A DNA stretch of 64,000 nucleotides from Eledone cirrhosa. Lineage: Eukaryota. Position numbers and translations under genes: made by a program. Below the pieces are notes generated by a model that had not been told where the DNA came from, did not search any database, and saw only the letters and a program-made list of their open reading frames with translations. The DNA lies in contig OZ024740.1 in NCBI GenBank assembly GCA_964016885.1, positions 84,630,001 to 84,694,000 on the forward strand. Direction: 5' to 3'. Below, piece by piece: positions 14,098 to 25,203 of this stretch (position 1 is the first letter of the stretch; the number at the start of each line of letters is the position of its first letter).

Positions 14098-14628
14098 ATG
14101 GATGACATTAATATTATCACGCACGCTAGACAAACACTACTGGAATTTCAGGAGGAATACTGGTCCAGAAATACATATAGTAATCTATTCGACATTACTA
14201 TGGGCTCTAGTGATTCTGCCCAAATTACCGATCTTGTGGGCCTCTTTCTTCTATTTCACATAAATGCTTCTTTTCCCCACCTTAAAGTTGTTTTTTATCG
14301 TGATGACTGTCTTCTTCTTTCCACTAACCTTAGCCTATCAGAAATTGAAAAAAATAAAAAACTTATTAGAACTTTCCTCAAAGACTATTATAGTCTCAAT
14401 ATTACATTTGAAAACACCAGTAAAGTAGTTAATTTCCTTGATATAACTTTAGACTTATCTACGGGTATCTACCAACCTTACCATAAACCTAACCAAAACT
14501 TACATTACATACACTCACAATCAAATCACCCTAGATCTATCCTTAAAAACCTAGCATATAATATCTCACTCAGAATTTCTAACCTTTCATCTAACCAGGA
14601 GGTATTCGATAAAAATGCGACCTTTTAG
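14098..14628 (+). pseudogene. PLE-1 reverse transcriptase, C-terminal part
   Basis: MGSSDSA, YRDD, VNFLDITLDL, YHKPN; ends at a premature stop. Confidence 0.9.
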
Positions 14629-15229
14629 AACGAAGCTTTAGCTAGAAGCGGCCACAAAAACAAATTAGTCTATATACCTTGTACCAATAATACTTCAAAC
14701 ATACAACCCAATATTACCAACAAACACCAAATGAAAAACACACACCTAAATGCCACTCACACTATACCCAAAAATACCAACTTAAAACCTAATTTTTTTA
14801 CCTCTTCTCACATACAATATAATAACTTTCAAAAAACCATTCATCCTAATACTCCAATAACATTACTAACAAAATTACTAATAATCAGACTAAAACACCT
14901 AAATCAGTTAATCTAACTAAACCTATATATAATAAATTCACTCACTCTCTTAGTAAACATCCTGAAACATCGTATAAATATAAAAACATCCTGATACATC
15001 GTATAAATATAAAAAAAAACAACATCGAAGCCGTAATAGACGAGTTACTTAAAAAAGAATATCGATTATAATGCTCCATTTAATCAACAAATTAAAGATA
15101 ATATCCCTAAAACATTTTTTACTATCCTCGAGAAAAACTTCCCGCCAAACTATAAATACCATCAAATTTTAAATAGATCAACGGTCAAATTTTCCTACTC
15201 CACTACCAAAAGTATACAACAAAATATAA

Positions 15230-15760
15230 GTGCCTACAATGCATATAAATGTAAAAAAAAAAAACATGAATATACCACCAACACATCAAACTAACCATAA
15301 TACTAAAATAAACCGCAACAAACCACCATCTCCTTCACATATAACAAATCGAGTAAATTCCACACCAAATTTGACTAACTCCCCTGATATAATATTCACG
15401 AATGGTTGTAACTGTAGAAACAAAGGAAATTGCCCATTAAAAGGAAATTGTCTTATTAATAACATAGTATATAAATGTAAAATTAGCACTAAGGACTCAA
15501 CTTATTCATATATAGGAGCTACTTCTAACCAATTTAAAGTAAGATTTAATACCCACAAACATAGTTTTAAAAATGCCGCATTAGCTAATACAACATCCTT
15601 GGCTGAAATAATTAATAATTATAGAAAAAAAAATATCGATTATAATCTGACCTGGAGTGGGCTCAAAAGGGCCACCCCTTATCAAAATAACATATGAGTG
15701 TAGATTATGTTCCCAGGAACTCTTTGAAATAATAAAATCTAAGGATATCCTATTAAATAA
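15230..15760 (+). pseudogene. PLE-1 Cys-rich linker and GIY-YIG endonuclease, frameshifted and interrupted by a SINE
   Basis: CNC-x5-C-x5-C, IVY..YIG. The uninterrupted C-terminus is in the inverted arm (13813..14046, CRLC..E..LLNKR). Confidence 0.88.
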
Positions 15761-15950
15761 GCGGTGGATTAGCAGTATCGCTAGAGGGTCGGACGCCATG
15801 CTTTGACGCATAGAGTTACGGTCCTTGCGATTCTGAGTTCAAATCCCGCCGTGGTTTACTTTGCCTTTCATCCTTACGGGGTTGATAAAATAAAGTACCA
15901 GTAATGCACTGGGTAATTGCTGGCCTTGTGCCAAAAGTAGAAACAATTAA
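15761..15950 (+). mobile_element. OK-like SINE in the PLE-1 endonuclease (right arm only)
   Basis: TSD attaaataagcg/attaaatatgcg; the mirror arm shows the empty site. Confidence 0.92.
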
Positions 15951-16746
15951 ATATGCGACAAGAATTAATTATATCGTGCAATCATAGAATTAGAAGAACT
16001 TTCAAATATTATAAACCTCATTAATATACACCTTACACTTATATTTTACAAATTATTATAATTAGTTTTTTTTAATTTAGTTAACCTATAATTAGTATTT
16101 TACTACTGAAAACTTCATAATTTTATTTTCCTTTTACAGCTCTCTTTTCCTAAAATTAATACCTATAAGTATACATATAAACTATTTTAAGTTCCTGTTA
16201 TGAATCTAAATTCCTTGTAGTCTATATAAGTTTGTTATTTCTCACTAATACATTTATCCCCAAAAAATGTTTAACAACATTGTTTAATAACATCTAACTC
16301 TCATTTATCACATCTATATGAATTAATATAAATTTATCCCTATAAGTATACCTATCAATTAAATTAATTTAATTTCTTGTTATAGATCTAAATTCCTTGT
16401 GTTTTAAATAAGATTGGTATTTCTCACTAACACATTTACCCTAAAATGTTATTCTCCTTCGAATTTATCATTAGCATTATTCTTTAATAACATAAAATGT
16501 TCGTGTACCTTTCACCGGCTTGACCTCTTTTCATCCCCAAAGTAATCTTTTCATTCAAAGTATTCTATCCATTCAAAACTTAAGTCTGCATTCCTCTACC
16601 CCTAAATTAAATTTCTACTACTACTATTCTATCAACCTGGCCACTTACTACTTTTCTTTTGGTCGATTCAAAACCTGTTCACAAACAGACCTATTATATT
16701 AAATCTTTGTTGGTTTTTTCAATAAACAAATATCATTATTTCTGAA

Positions 16747-16937
16747 CACTGGTGGATTGGCAGTATCGGTAAGGGTCGGACGCCATGCTTTGAAGCATAG
16801 AGTTACCTCCCTTTATGATCTGAGTTCAAATCTCGCCGAGGTTAACTTTGCCTTTCATTCTTACGGGGTCGATAAAATAAAGTGCCAGTAATGCACTGGG
16901 ATAATTGCTGGTCTTGTGCCAAAACTGGAAACAATTA
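16747..16937 (+). mobile_element. OK-like SINE in the right PLE-1 arm, 12 bp TSD attatttctgaa
   Basis: TSD at 16735-16746 and 16934-16945. Confidence 0.92.
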
Positions 16938-17073
16938 TTTCTGAAGACAGCATATATATGTGTAGGTATGTATATTTCCTCTGATAGTTTGTAAAATTTT
17001 TACATAGATCTATATGATATACATACCAACACACACACACACATATATCCTAGAAACGATCGTAAAATGATGA
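16934..17073 (+). ncRNA. Type I hammerhead ribozyme of the PLE-1 pseudo-LTR, with a long stem II
   Basis: attattt-CTGAAGA (16941), about 105 nt of stem II (ggtatgtatat/atatacatacc), GAAAC-gatc-GTA-aaatgatga. Stem I pairs and loop III is palindromic. Confidence 0.75.
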
Positions 17074-17134
17074 ATTTTTTAATATAAGGAACTGTTTCTT
17101 TGTTTTTATTAATTTATTTATATATATATATATA

Positions 17135-20100
17135 GTTAAATCTTAGACGAGAACAAAATCAGGGAGGCAGTATAAATATGAGTTTATTAGGTAGGTTCAC
17201 GCTTTTGAGAGTAGGGGGGGGGCGACGTTACGGGTATAAGCCCTTCATCGGGAGAAAAGTGGATAGGAAGAGAATTCCGAGGGTGTGTGGGGGAGATGGT
17301 GGAAAGACATTTAGAAAAAAGGGGCGGAGAGTTAAGGGAGGAAAAACGATTTTAGAAGTACAAATAAAAATAAACATAAAAATAAACATAAAAATAAACA
17401 AGTGGTGGAAGGGTGTGAAGCGTGTAAGGGTGGTGGCAGGTGGAGTTGAGAGACGGAGGCGGGGGGTCCGAGCGGGGAGGGCTGAAGGTGGTGTTTGTGT
17501 ATGTGTGTAGGTGTACGTGTGTGTGTGTGTGTGTGCGTGTGTGTGTATGTGAATGTGAGAGTTGGGGGAAGAACGAGGTTCCATGTTCAAGAAAAGGGGA
17601 ACCGTGTATGTGTGGTGTAGGGTGTAAGTCGGTGTGTGCGTGCGTGTGAATGGAGAGAGGTCAGAGGGGAGTGTGGATTACGGAGGCTGAGTGTGTGTAT
17701 GTGGGGATACGCACGTGTGTGTGGATGTAGGTGGCGTGGTTTGAAAAAAAATGTGAGTGTTTGTTCGTGGGTATGTTCCTAAGGTAGTTCCGTGGAGTGT
17801 GCGATAAGGTGTTGGATATTTCTCATGTTATAGAATGGATAGCTGGAACGATGACCGGTGGTGTGAAATCCATTTGTGGTGATGATGCGGAAGTGGAGAG
17901 ATGTGGGGTGCGCGCGCAACAAGAAATGGTCAGAGGGTCAAGAGTGTTAGTATTATTATTTGTGGGTGGGCCAAGGGGTTGGGGCGGTGAAATGGCGGAG
18001 TGTGTTAATGGTGTTAATGGGGGATGTGTTAGTAGATGATGTGGAAGGGGAGACGGTGGGTGGGTGTTCGGTGGCGTGGGGTGAGGGTGGGAAAGCGGTG
18101 GACAGCACGGATGCGAGTGAGAGCGGTGAGGACGAGGGAGGGGGGTAACCTCTCCGGATGAAATGGCTGACTAGGGAAAGTGCCTGGGGCTCAAAGTCAG
18201 CATCTCGGCTGCAGAGGCGGCGGATCCGGAGGTGTTGGGAGTAGGGAATAGAGTGTTTTGTGTGTGTAGGGTGGGAGGAGATCAAGTCGAGGTAGGAGTG
18301 GGAGTCGGTGGGTTTGAAGAAGGCGGAGGTGACGAGGGAGCGGTGGGAGGGGTCGATGGCGACGTAGATGTCTAAGAAGTGGACGTGGGTGGTGGAGATA
18401 GAGGTGGTGAAGTGGAGATAGGGGTGGAAGGATCAGAAGAAGGAGAGAAAGGAGTCGAGCTGTTCTCGGGTGAGGGTCGTGGCTCCGATACAGTCGTCGA
18501 TGTAACGACCGTACAGTTTGGGCGTGGGCCCGGTGTACCGGACAAAGATTTGGGCCTCAACATGGCCAACGAAAAGGTTGGCATAGTTTGGGCCCATTCT
18601 TGTGCCCATGGCTACCCCCGTAACTTGTTGGTAAAACTCACCCGAGAAGGAGAAGCAGTTGAGGGTGAGGACCAGCTCGGTGAGGCGAAGGAGGGTGGGA
18701 TGGGGGTGGAGGTGGGGAGGGGCGAAGGTCGAGGTAGTGCCGGAGGGCACGTAGGCCGTCGGCGTGGGGATGACAGTATAGAGGGACTTGATATCTAGGG
18801 TGAAGAGGAGGAGTGTGGGCCGGGTGGGAAAGTGAGGGAGTCGAACAGGTGAAGGGCGTGGTTGGTGTTGGAGGTGTGAGAGGGGAGGGTGGTGACGAGG
18901 GGGCGGGGCGTAGATGGAGTCAAGAAAGGCGGAGATGAGTTCGGTGGGGCTGTTGCAAGAGGAGACGATGGGCAGGCCAGGGTTGTCGGGTTTGGGGAGT
19001 TTGGGGAGGAAGTAGATACTGGAGGGGCGGGGGCGCACGATGAGGTGGAAAGCGGTGGGAGGGAGGAGGGAGGATGAGACAAGGTGTTGGATGGTGGAGG
19101 AAACTTGTTGTTGGTAGAGGGCTGTGGGGTCGGAGGGTAGAGAGCGGTAGAAGAGGGGGTTACTGAGCTACCTAAGGGCTTTGGCCGTGTAGATGTCGGC
19201 GTACCACACCACCACAGCGACCCCCTTGTCCGCCGGTTTGATGATGATGTCATCTTGGCTACGGAGGGAGCAGAGAGCGTGGAGTTTGCCCCGTGTGATG
19301 TTATGCTATTGGGAACGGTAGCGGAAGTCGAAGCTATTTACTGCGTTACTGGAGGCGTCGACGAACGTGTCCAGGGTGCTAAATTGCCCTGGTGCCGGCG
19401 TCCAAGACGATGGTCGTCGGCCCAGGGCGAGAAACGGGTCTGGGGCATTCGGAGCCGGTGGGGTTTGAAGAAAATGTGCCTGTAGCTTCTTGCGTCGCAC
19501 GAATCACTCGACTTCCGTTCGGGTGCGGAACTCGTCGCTCTGTGGGGTGTGGGGTATGAAGCGAAGGCCTCTACTAAGGAGTGAGCGCTCGGGTGCGGAG
19601 AGGGGGAGGTCAGAGGGTATGGTGACAACAAGTGGGGGTGCGATTTAGGTGTGAGATGGGGGGTGGAGGGTGGAGATGGGGTATGGGGGGAGGAAGGTGG
19701 GTCACGGGGAGTGGCGAAGGATGGTGGAAGGTGGGGGGGAGGGTGAAGCTTAAGGGCTTTGGTGGAGGTGAGGAAGGAGAAGAGGTCGTGGTTGAGGATT
19801 TGGATGAAGAAGAAAATGGAGTGGGCGAGGAGGGTGGGGTGAGTTTGTGGTCAAGGTTGCGGATGGTGGAGAGGGAGGAGCGGAGGGAGTTGTGCATTAG
19901 GAGGCGCGAGGATCGGGTGAGGATACGTTGGGTGGAGAGGGAAGCGGAGGAGGAGGTGTTGAAGTGTAGTCGGAAGCCAAGGGGGTGTGGTGGAGGGGGA
20001 GGCAGCGGCTGAGGAAATGTATGTTGCTGGAATGCCGGGTTTTGGCGAAGAGAAGGTAGGAGAGTTGAATGGCCGAAGGGAGATAGCAGGGTGAGAGGAG

Positions 20101-20145
20101 GGGGAATGTTTAAGGCAGGTGTGGAGTTGGTGGAGAAAGGAATAT
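17135..20145 (-). mobile_element. Penelope-like element PLE-2: decayed, GC-rich, strong strand purine bias
   Basis: IYFLPKLPKP..PIVSSCNSPT, LFTLDIKSLYT, GVAMGTRMGPNYANLF, YGRYIDD, SSHP..SIPYSQ.LRIRRLCS. Degenerate hammerhead ccgatga-agggcttataccc-gtaac at 17223-17252. Confidence 0.9.
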
Positions 20146-20148
20146 ATT

Positions 20149-20214
<66 letters not shown>

Positions 20215-20216
<2 letters not shown>

Positions 20217-20898
20217 AGTAAGTTAATTTTATAATTTTCTTATTTTACGTCTTTCATATTATTGTTCTGCAACCCCATGCATTGAACCACAATGTTAATA
20301 AGACAAAACCTATATATTTGCTAGCATTGATATGCATCTGTGTGTATATAAATGTTACTAGATATAAATTCCTTATAATTATCTCCAAATCATTTGTCGA
20401 GCAATATTTGGCCATGACTGCTGCTATGGTAGTAGGCTGGCCACTGTCTTATTAACCACTCGCTTTCCACTGATTGACCTCGATGTCACGTAAATGATTC
20501 TTTTTGAATTTGCCACGGACGTAGAGGCAGTGATTTTCTCAATGGCTAGGAATCCAGTCCACGCTTCGCTATTTCCTTTCCACTGTATTATTTTTTAATA
20601 AGTTTCCAGAGTCCTCGCTATGCCTGGAGACTTACACGAAAAAGACTTTCCTGGTGACGGAATGATTATCTATATGTTTCTTCGGAAAATATATTTACTC
20701 CATTCCAGAAACTAATTAGTTGGAAGTGATTTTTTAGTAAGTAAGTTAATTTTATAATTTTCTTATTTTATGTCTTTCATATTATTGTTCTGAAACCCCA
20801 TGCATTGAACCACAATGTTAATAAGACAAAACCTATATATTTGCTAGCATTGATATGCATCTGTGTGTATATAAATGTTACTAGATATAAATTCCTTA
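20215..20898 (+). mobile_element. Non-coding partial-tandem unit (period about 523 bp) with a hammerhead; retrozyme- or pseudo-LTR-like
   Basis: About 160 bp direct repeats at 20215-20375 and 20738-20898 bracket a hammerhead fold. Confidence 0.7.
20645..20727 (+). ncRNA. Hammerhead ribozyme-like motif with variant core CTGGTGA
   Basis: Stem I actttc/ggaagt; stem II ggaatg/cattcc with an inner ttcg-capped hairpin; GAAAC-taatta-GTT. Confidence 0.7.
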
Positions 20899-20943
20899 TA
20901 TATATGTATATGTATATCTATGTATATGTATGTGTGTAGCATA

Positions 20944-20991
<48 letters not shown>

Positions 20992-21035
20992 AGCTTCACC
21001 ACTAATTGATTTGACAGGCGTCTTTAACCCATTGA

Positions 21036-21220
21036 TGGTGGATTGGCAGTATCGGTAGAGGGTCGAACGCCATGTTTTGACGTATGGAGTTACGGCCCTT
21101 TCCATTCTGAGTTCAAATCCCAATTAACTTTGCCTTTCCTCCTTGCGGAGTCGATAAAATAAAGTACCAGTAATGCACTGTGTAATTGCTGGCCTTGTGT
21201 CAAAAGTAGAAACGATTATT
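21036..21220 (+). mobile_element. OK-like SINE
   Basis: A and B boxes and 3' tail as in the other copies. Confidence 0.9.
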
Positions 21221-21261
21221 TGGTCAGTAGCTGGAGTGTATGTGTAAATATATATAGTGGT

Positions 21262-21390
21262 AGAACACTGGAAGATAATATCCGTAGTGGTAGAGCACGC
21301 AGTCCATGGGACGAGTTAGGTAGAATTGGTTACACAACAGTTAGTTCACCATACTGAGAACCATTGTTTCACCTTAGTGGATCCTCAGCG
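21262..21390 (-). mobile_element. Solo 3' pseudo-LTR fragment of the PLE-3 family with a hammerhead core
   Basis: Homologous to 33376-33505. Minus strand reads CTGAGGA-tccactaaggt-GAAAC-aatg-GTT. Confidence 0.8.
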
Positions 21391-21717
21391 TGTGTGTGTT
21401 TGTGTCTATATATGTATGTTTGTTTGCATGCATGAATGAATACACTAAGCTTTAGATTTAGCAGAATACACAACCACTGATTCCAGCTATTTGCACTATC
21501 ATATATTTTGGTTTCTATTAATTCCCTGGGGAATTGGTTGACCATTGTTTTATTTATGCCTTTGTTAGAAATGTTATTCTTTCTCTTAGATCAGGTATTG
21601 TTTGAAAGCTAAGCATTGGCCCCTAAAATATTACAGTGGGCTCCTGCAATGTTACCGTGGGCTCCCTGGAGCCCACTTGCCATTGGGCAACCTGGCAACC
21701 TGGCCAGTCAACCACTG

Positions 21718-21840
21718 CCCGTAAGGATGAAAGGCAAAGCTAACCGCTGCAGGATTTGAACTCAGATCGTAAAGGGGCGAAACTATATGCCATATAGCAT
21801 GTTGTCCAACGCTCTACCGATACTGCCAATTCACTGCCCT
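21718..21840 (-). mobile_element. 5' half of the split OK-like SINE
   Basis: Continues the SINE interrupted at 11921. Confidence 0.9.
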
Positions 21841-22099
21841 AGCAATGATAGAAATATTAAAAAAGATAACGAAATTAAGTAACGAAAACAATGGCGTAAG
21901 GAATGGCAGATTTAGAAAAGGACTATAAATGCCATATATTAGAAGAAAGGGGAAAAATTGAATAATCTAATTACAGAGGAATCCTAATGCATACCTAAAT
22001 ACAATACTATTACTACTAATATTAATAACATCAGAAACAAGAAATATCATATGGTATAATTTACTAAGTAGTTTAAATGTTTGCTCTATTATTACCCCT

Positions 22100-22260
22100 G
22101 GGTGGATTGGCAGTGTCGGTAGAAGGTCGGACGCCATGCTTTGCAGCAAAGAGTTACGGCCGTTTATGGTCTGAGTTCAAATCCCGCCGACGTTAACTCT
22201 GCCTTTCATCCTTACGGTGTCGATAAAATAAAGTACCTTACGGTGTCGATAAAATAAAGT
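22100..22260 (+). mobile_element. 3'-truncated OK-like SINE abutting the broken end of Tx1-A
   Basis: Ends with a tandem duplication of ccttacggtgtcgataaaataaagt, then Tx1-A ORF2 sequence. Confidence 0.85.
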
Positions 22261-25203
22261 CGAAGAACTGGTCCAGTGCCGGGCTCGATGCTAGCACTCT
22301 AGCTGCGTTGCCACTCCTAAGCGCCTCTTCTACCTTGGCTACTAGTTCTGTTTCTGATTTGTTTTTCTCTAAAGCTAATTCTCTGCTAAACCCTATCGAT
22401 TCTACTTTAATTGCTCTCTTGAGAGAGCACCACCATCTATTGTTGACGATGGCTCCCGTCAACTCTTGCTTAACTAATCTACTTATCCGTTCACTGTAGG
22501 CTTTTCGTGCCGGCAACGACACGTTCAGCTTCCAGTATCCGGGTCCTTGTCTATGTATTCTATCACGGTTGACTATGCAGACGACTAGTTTGTAATCTGA
22601 ATAGGCAACCAAGTGCATTTGTGGACAGCTTAACATCTTCTTGTCCTTTTCTCTAATGAAAAACCTATCTAGATACGATCTAGATGTCCCACTGCGGTTT
22701 GCCCCCGTCCACTGTGGTGCAGTCGGGAAATCTAGTCGATATCTATCGGCCAGTTGGAATTGGCCGATTAGATTTTTGAGGCTGTTGCACCCCGCTCTAC
22801 TGGGACATGCTCCCACAAGGTCCTATCGTGCATCTAGGATACCATTCCAGTCCCCCCACTAAAAGCAAGGAGCGAGACGTTCCCAGAAAAGACTCTAGAC
22901 GCTTAAAGAAGTCTGGCCGCGATTGTGATTGCCCGGTCGGGGCATAAACGGCCACCAGTAAAGGCTCCACCTCCAATACTGTTCATGTCTAGGACTATCA
23001 GTCTACCCTCCGGGTCCAAGTGTACTTGCTGTACTTCGAGATCCAGGTTTTTCCGAAACATGACAGTCACTCCCCCTCCACCTCCCGGTTGACAGAGAGA
23101 TGCGTAGATCTCAAAGTCATTGAAGATGGGGGTTAGTTGCTGCCTGTTGTGGATCCTGGACTCGGTGATGGCTATTACAACTATACCGTATGACCTAAGG
23201 TCGTTTAAAAGTTGGCCTGTTTCCAGGGGCATCCCTAGGCCACGCATATTCACGCTTCCAACTCGTAAGTCAGCCATATTGGTGGAGAAGAGTTGGCGAA
23301 AAGGACGAAAAGGTGCACTTACCTTTTCGTTTCCTGGAGATCGGGTTGTTCAATCTCCATTTCAGTTCTGGTGGGGGTGTCGGGTGGGGTGGGGAAACAT
23401 TTTAATAAGACGCGGTTAATAGGTTTTTGACAGAGGTTGCCAACATCCTGCGAAAACTGTTCTTTCAATTTCTGATAGGTTTCTATCGAAATCCTTATTA
23501 GTTTTAGGTGTGGTTTAGAGTCTGCTTTTATAAAGGTTTTCCCCTCAGTTTCCTCTTTGGGGTCCTGTGAGATGACCTCTATCAAATTTTTGTTGTTGGT
23601 GTTGACGTATGTATATTGTTGTTTTTGTTTTGGTTGTGTTGTTTTAGTTTGTTGTTCGTCTGTGAATTTTCTTTTTTGTGTTTAGGGTGGTGTTGGTGTT
23701 TGTTTGGTTGGTAGGGGAGGTTTGGTTGTGGTGTTGTTTGTATTGTTGTTTGTGTCTGTGGTTGTGTGTTAGTGATTGGAGTTTTGGGGTTTTGTGGTGT
23801 CTCTTTTTTTGGTTTTGGGGGTTTCCATGGCTCTTCTTCTTCTTCACTTAAAGAAGGAGAAGCAGCCTCATCTGTTGATGAATAATCATCATCAGGAGTG
23901 TGGGGTACGGGTATGTTGTGTGGTGATGGTGTTGTTTGTGGTTGAATGGTTGTTTGTTTGGGTGTGTTTGCTTGTTTTGTGTGTTGTTGTTGTGGTGGTG
24001 GTGGTGATTGTTTTGGTGTTGGTGTTGGTAAAAGTACTTTTTTTAATTTGTTTGTAAAGGGAAGGAGGCTTTTAGGTGTGATGTGCTTGCACATCGAAAA
24101 CAGTGTGGCTTTCTGCCCTTAGTTACAACGTTAATGTAGTTTTGGTTGTCGACCAGCACTCTTTCGGGGATTTTGGAAATTCTGTCTGATTTCATTTGTA
24201 TCAGAATTTCCAAATTTGTCCCTGCCCACCTAGGTCTGGTCGACTTCCTGACCGAAAGAATTTTATCACTTTCTGGCTCTATGAACCCTGCTAAGATCCA
24301 CCAAATGTTGATGTTTGGTGGTATGTTATTTATTTTAATTTTTTGTGTTCTTTTTCCCATGTAAGTAGGGAAAAAGGTGTGTGTTTTTGTGATGACTGGT
24401 GTAACAGAATGCTTTTGTGCAAGGGCCTCGCTTTTAAAAAGTAGCGAAATACTTCCATATAGTCTGGCCCTCTGCATAAAATCAATGTCCGGCAGAGCCT
24501 CTTTCAAGGTGGTTTCAATTTCCCCTTGACTGGAGAATACCGGTTTTTTCGTTTGATTTGAAACAGTTCTCAAGGTTGCTGTCCTTCGAACTGTTTCTTG
24601 TTTAATATCCAAGGATGAGTTTATTTGAAACCCACACTTTTCTTCAAAAATTATGAATTGTTTTGCATCGGTCAACATTTGTTTGGAGTTGATTATGTCG
24701 ATGTGTTTGTACTCTGCTTTGTTTATCACAGTCTGTGCGAATGTTGTTTTTTCAATTTTGTTGTTGGTGTCGGTTTTTTCGTGTGTAGTTGTGTCAATTG
24801 TTTCAATTTCTGCATTTTCTGTATTTTTGGTGTCTGTTGTGGGCTGTTATTTTTATCTTTTGTTGTGTAAATATCCATTTCTTTACGAAACGAAGTTTTG
24901 TTGTTGTTTGTCTCCATAGATACTTCTGTGGAAATAGAGGGAGATATAACGCCTCTTTCCCTCTCTTCTCGATGTCTAGAGTTCTCTGTAAGTCACACAT
25001 TGTTAAAGTTATGAAAATTTTAAAACTTCTTAATAATTTTTAAATTAAATTTCCGCCCCTGTGGAGCGAAAACTGAGATTACCACTCAGCTGACAATTCA
25101 GCCTGGGTGTTAATCTATCAAACAATATAAATTTTTCACACAATAAATTCTGTTTTTGTATAGAAAACTTTACAAAAACTTACCGACGATCTACCGCACG
25201 TCC
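22261..25203 (-). mobile_element. Tx1-like (L1 clade) LINE Tx1-A: 5' UTR, frameshifted ORF1 (about 24917-23319), ORF2 APE domain (23277-22261); RT lost
   Basis: ORF1 has a degenerate knuckle CFRCASTSHLKASF. ORF2 has VGSVNMRG, AITES, SYLDRFF, YSD, GPGYWKLN. Confidence 0.9.

Larger units (their letters stand above)
12686..17117 (+). mobile_element. Penelope-like element PLE-1: 5'-truncated RT-GIY-YIG copy (14081-17117, +) preceded by an inverted copy of its 3' end (12686-14080)
   Basis: RT motifs FDITMGSSDSAQITDLVG and FYRDD; thumb HSQSNHP; CNCRNKGNCPLKGNC then IVY..YSYIGAT (GIY-YIG). 12686-14080 is the reverse complement of about 15565-17117. Confidence 0.93.
11922..21717. mobile_element. hAT-type non-autonomous DNA transposon expanded to 9.8 kb by nested insertions
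   Basis: TIRs cagtggcggactgg (11922) and ccagtcaaccactg (21704-21717) match at 12/14. An 8 bp TSD (cccttaag/cccgtaag) is typical of hAT. Confidence 0.85.

Noticed and set aside
15400-15460. Selenocysteine recoding, as reported for some Naiad-clade PLEs (PLE-1 and PLE-3 have a similar Cys-rich linker)
   Set aside because: The conserved Cys positions use TGT/TGC or are simply mutated. I saw no in-frame TGA at these sites and recognised no SECIS.
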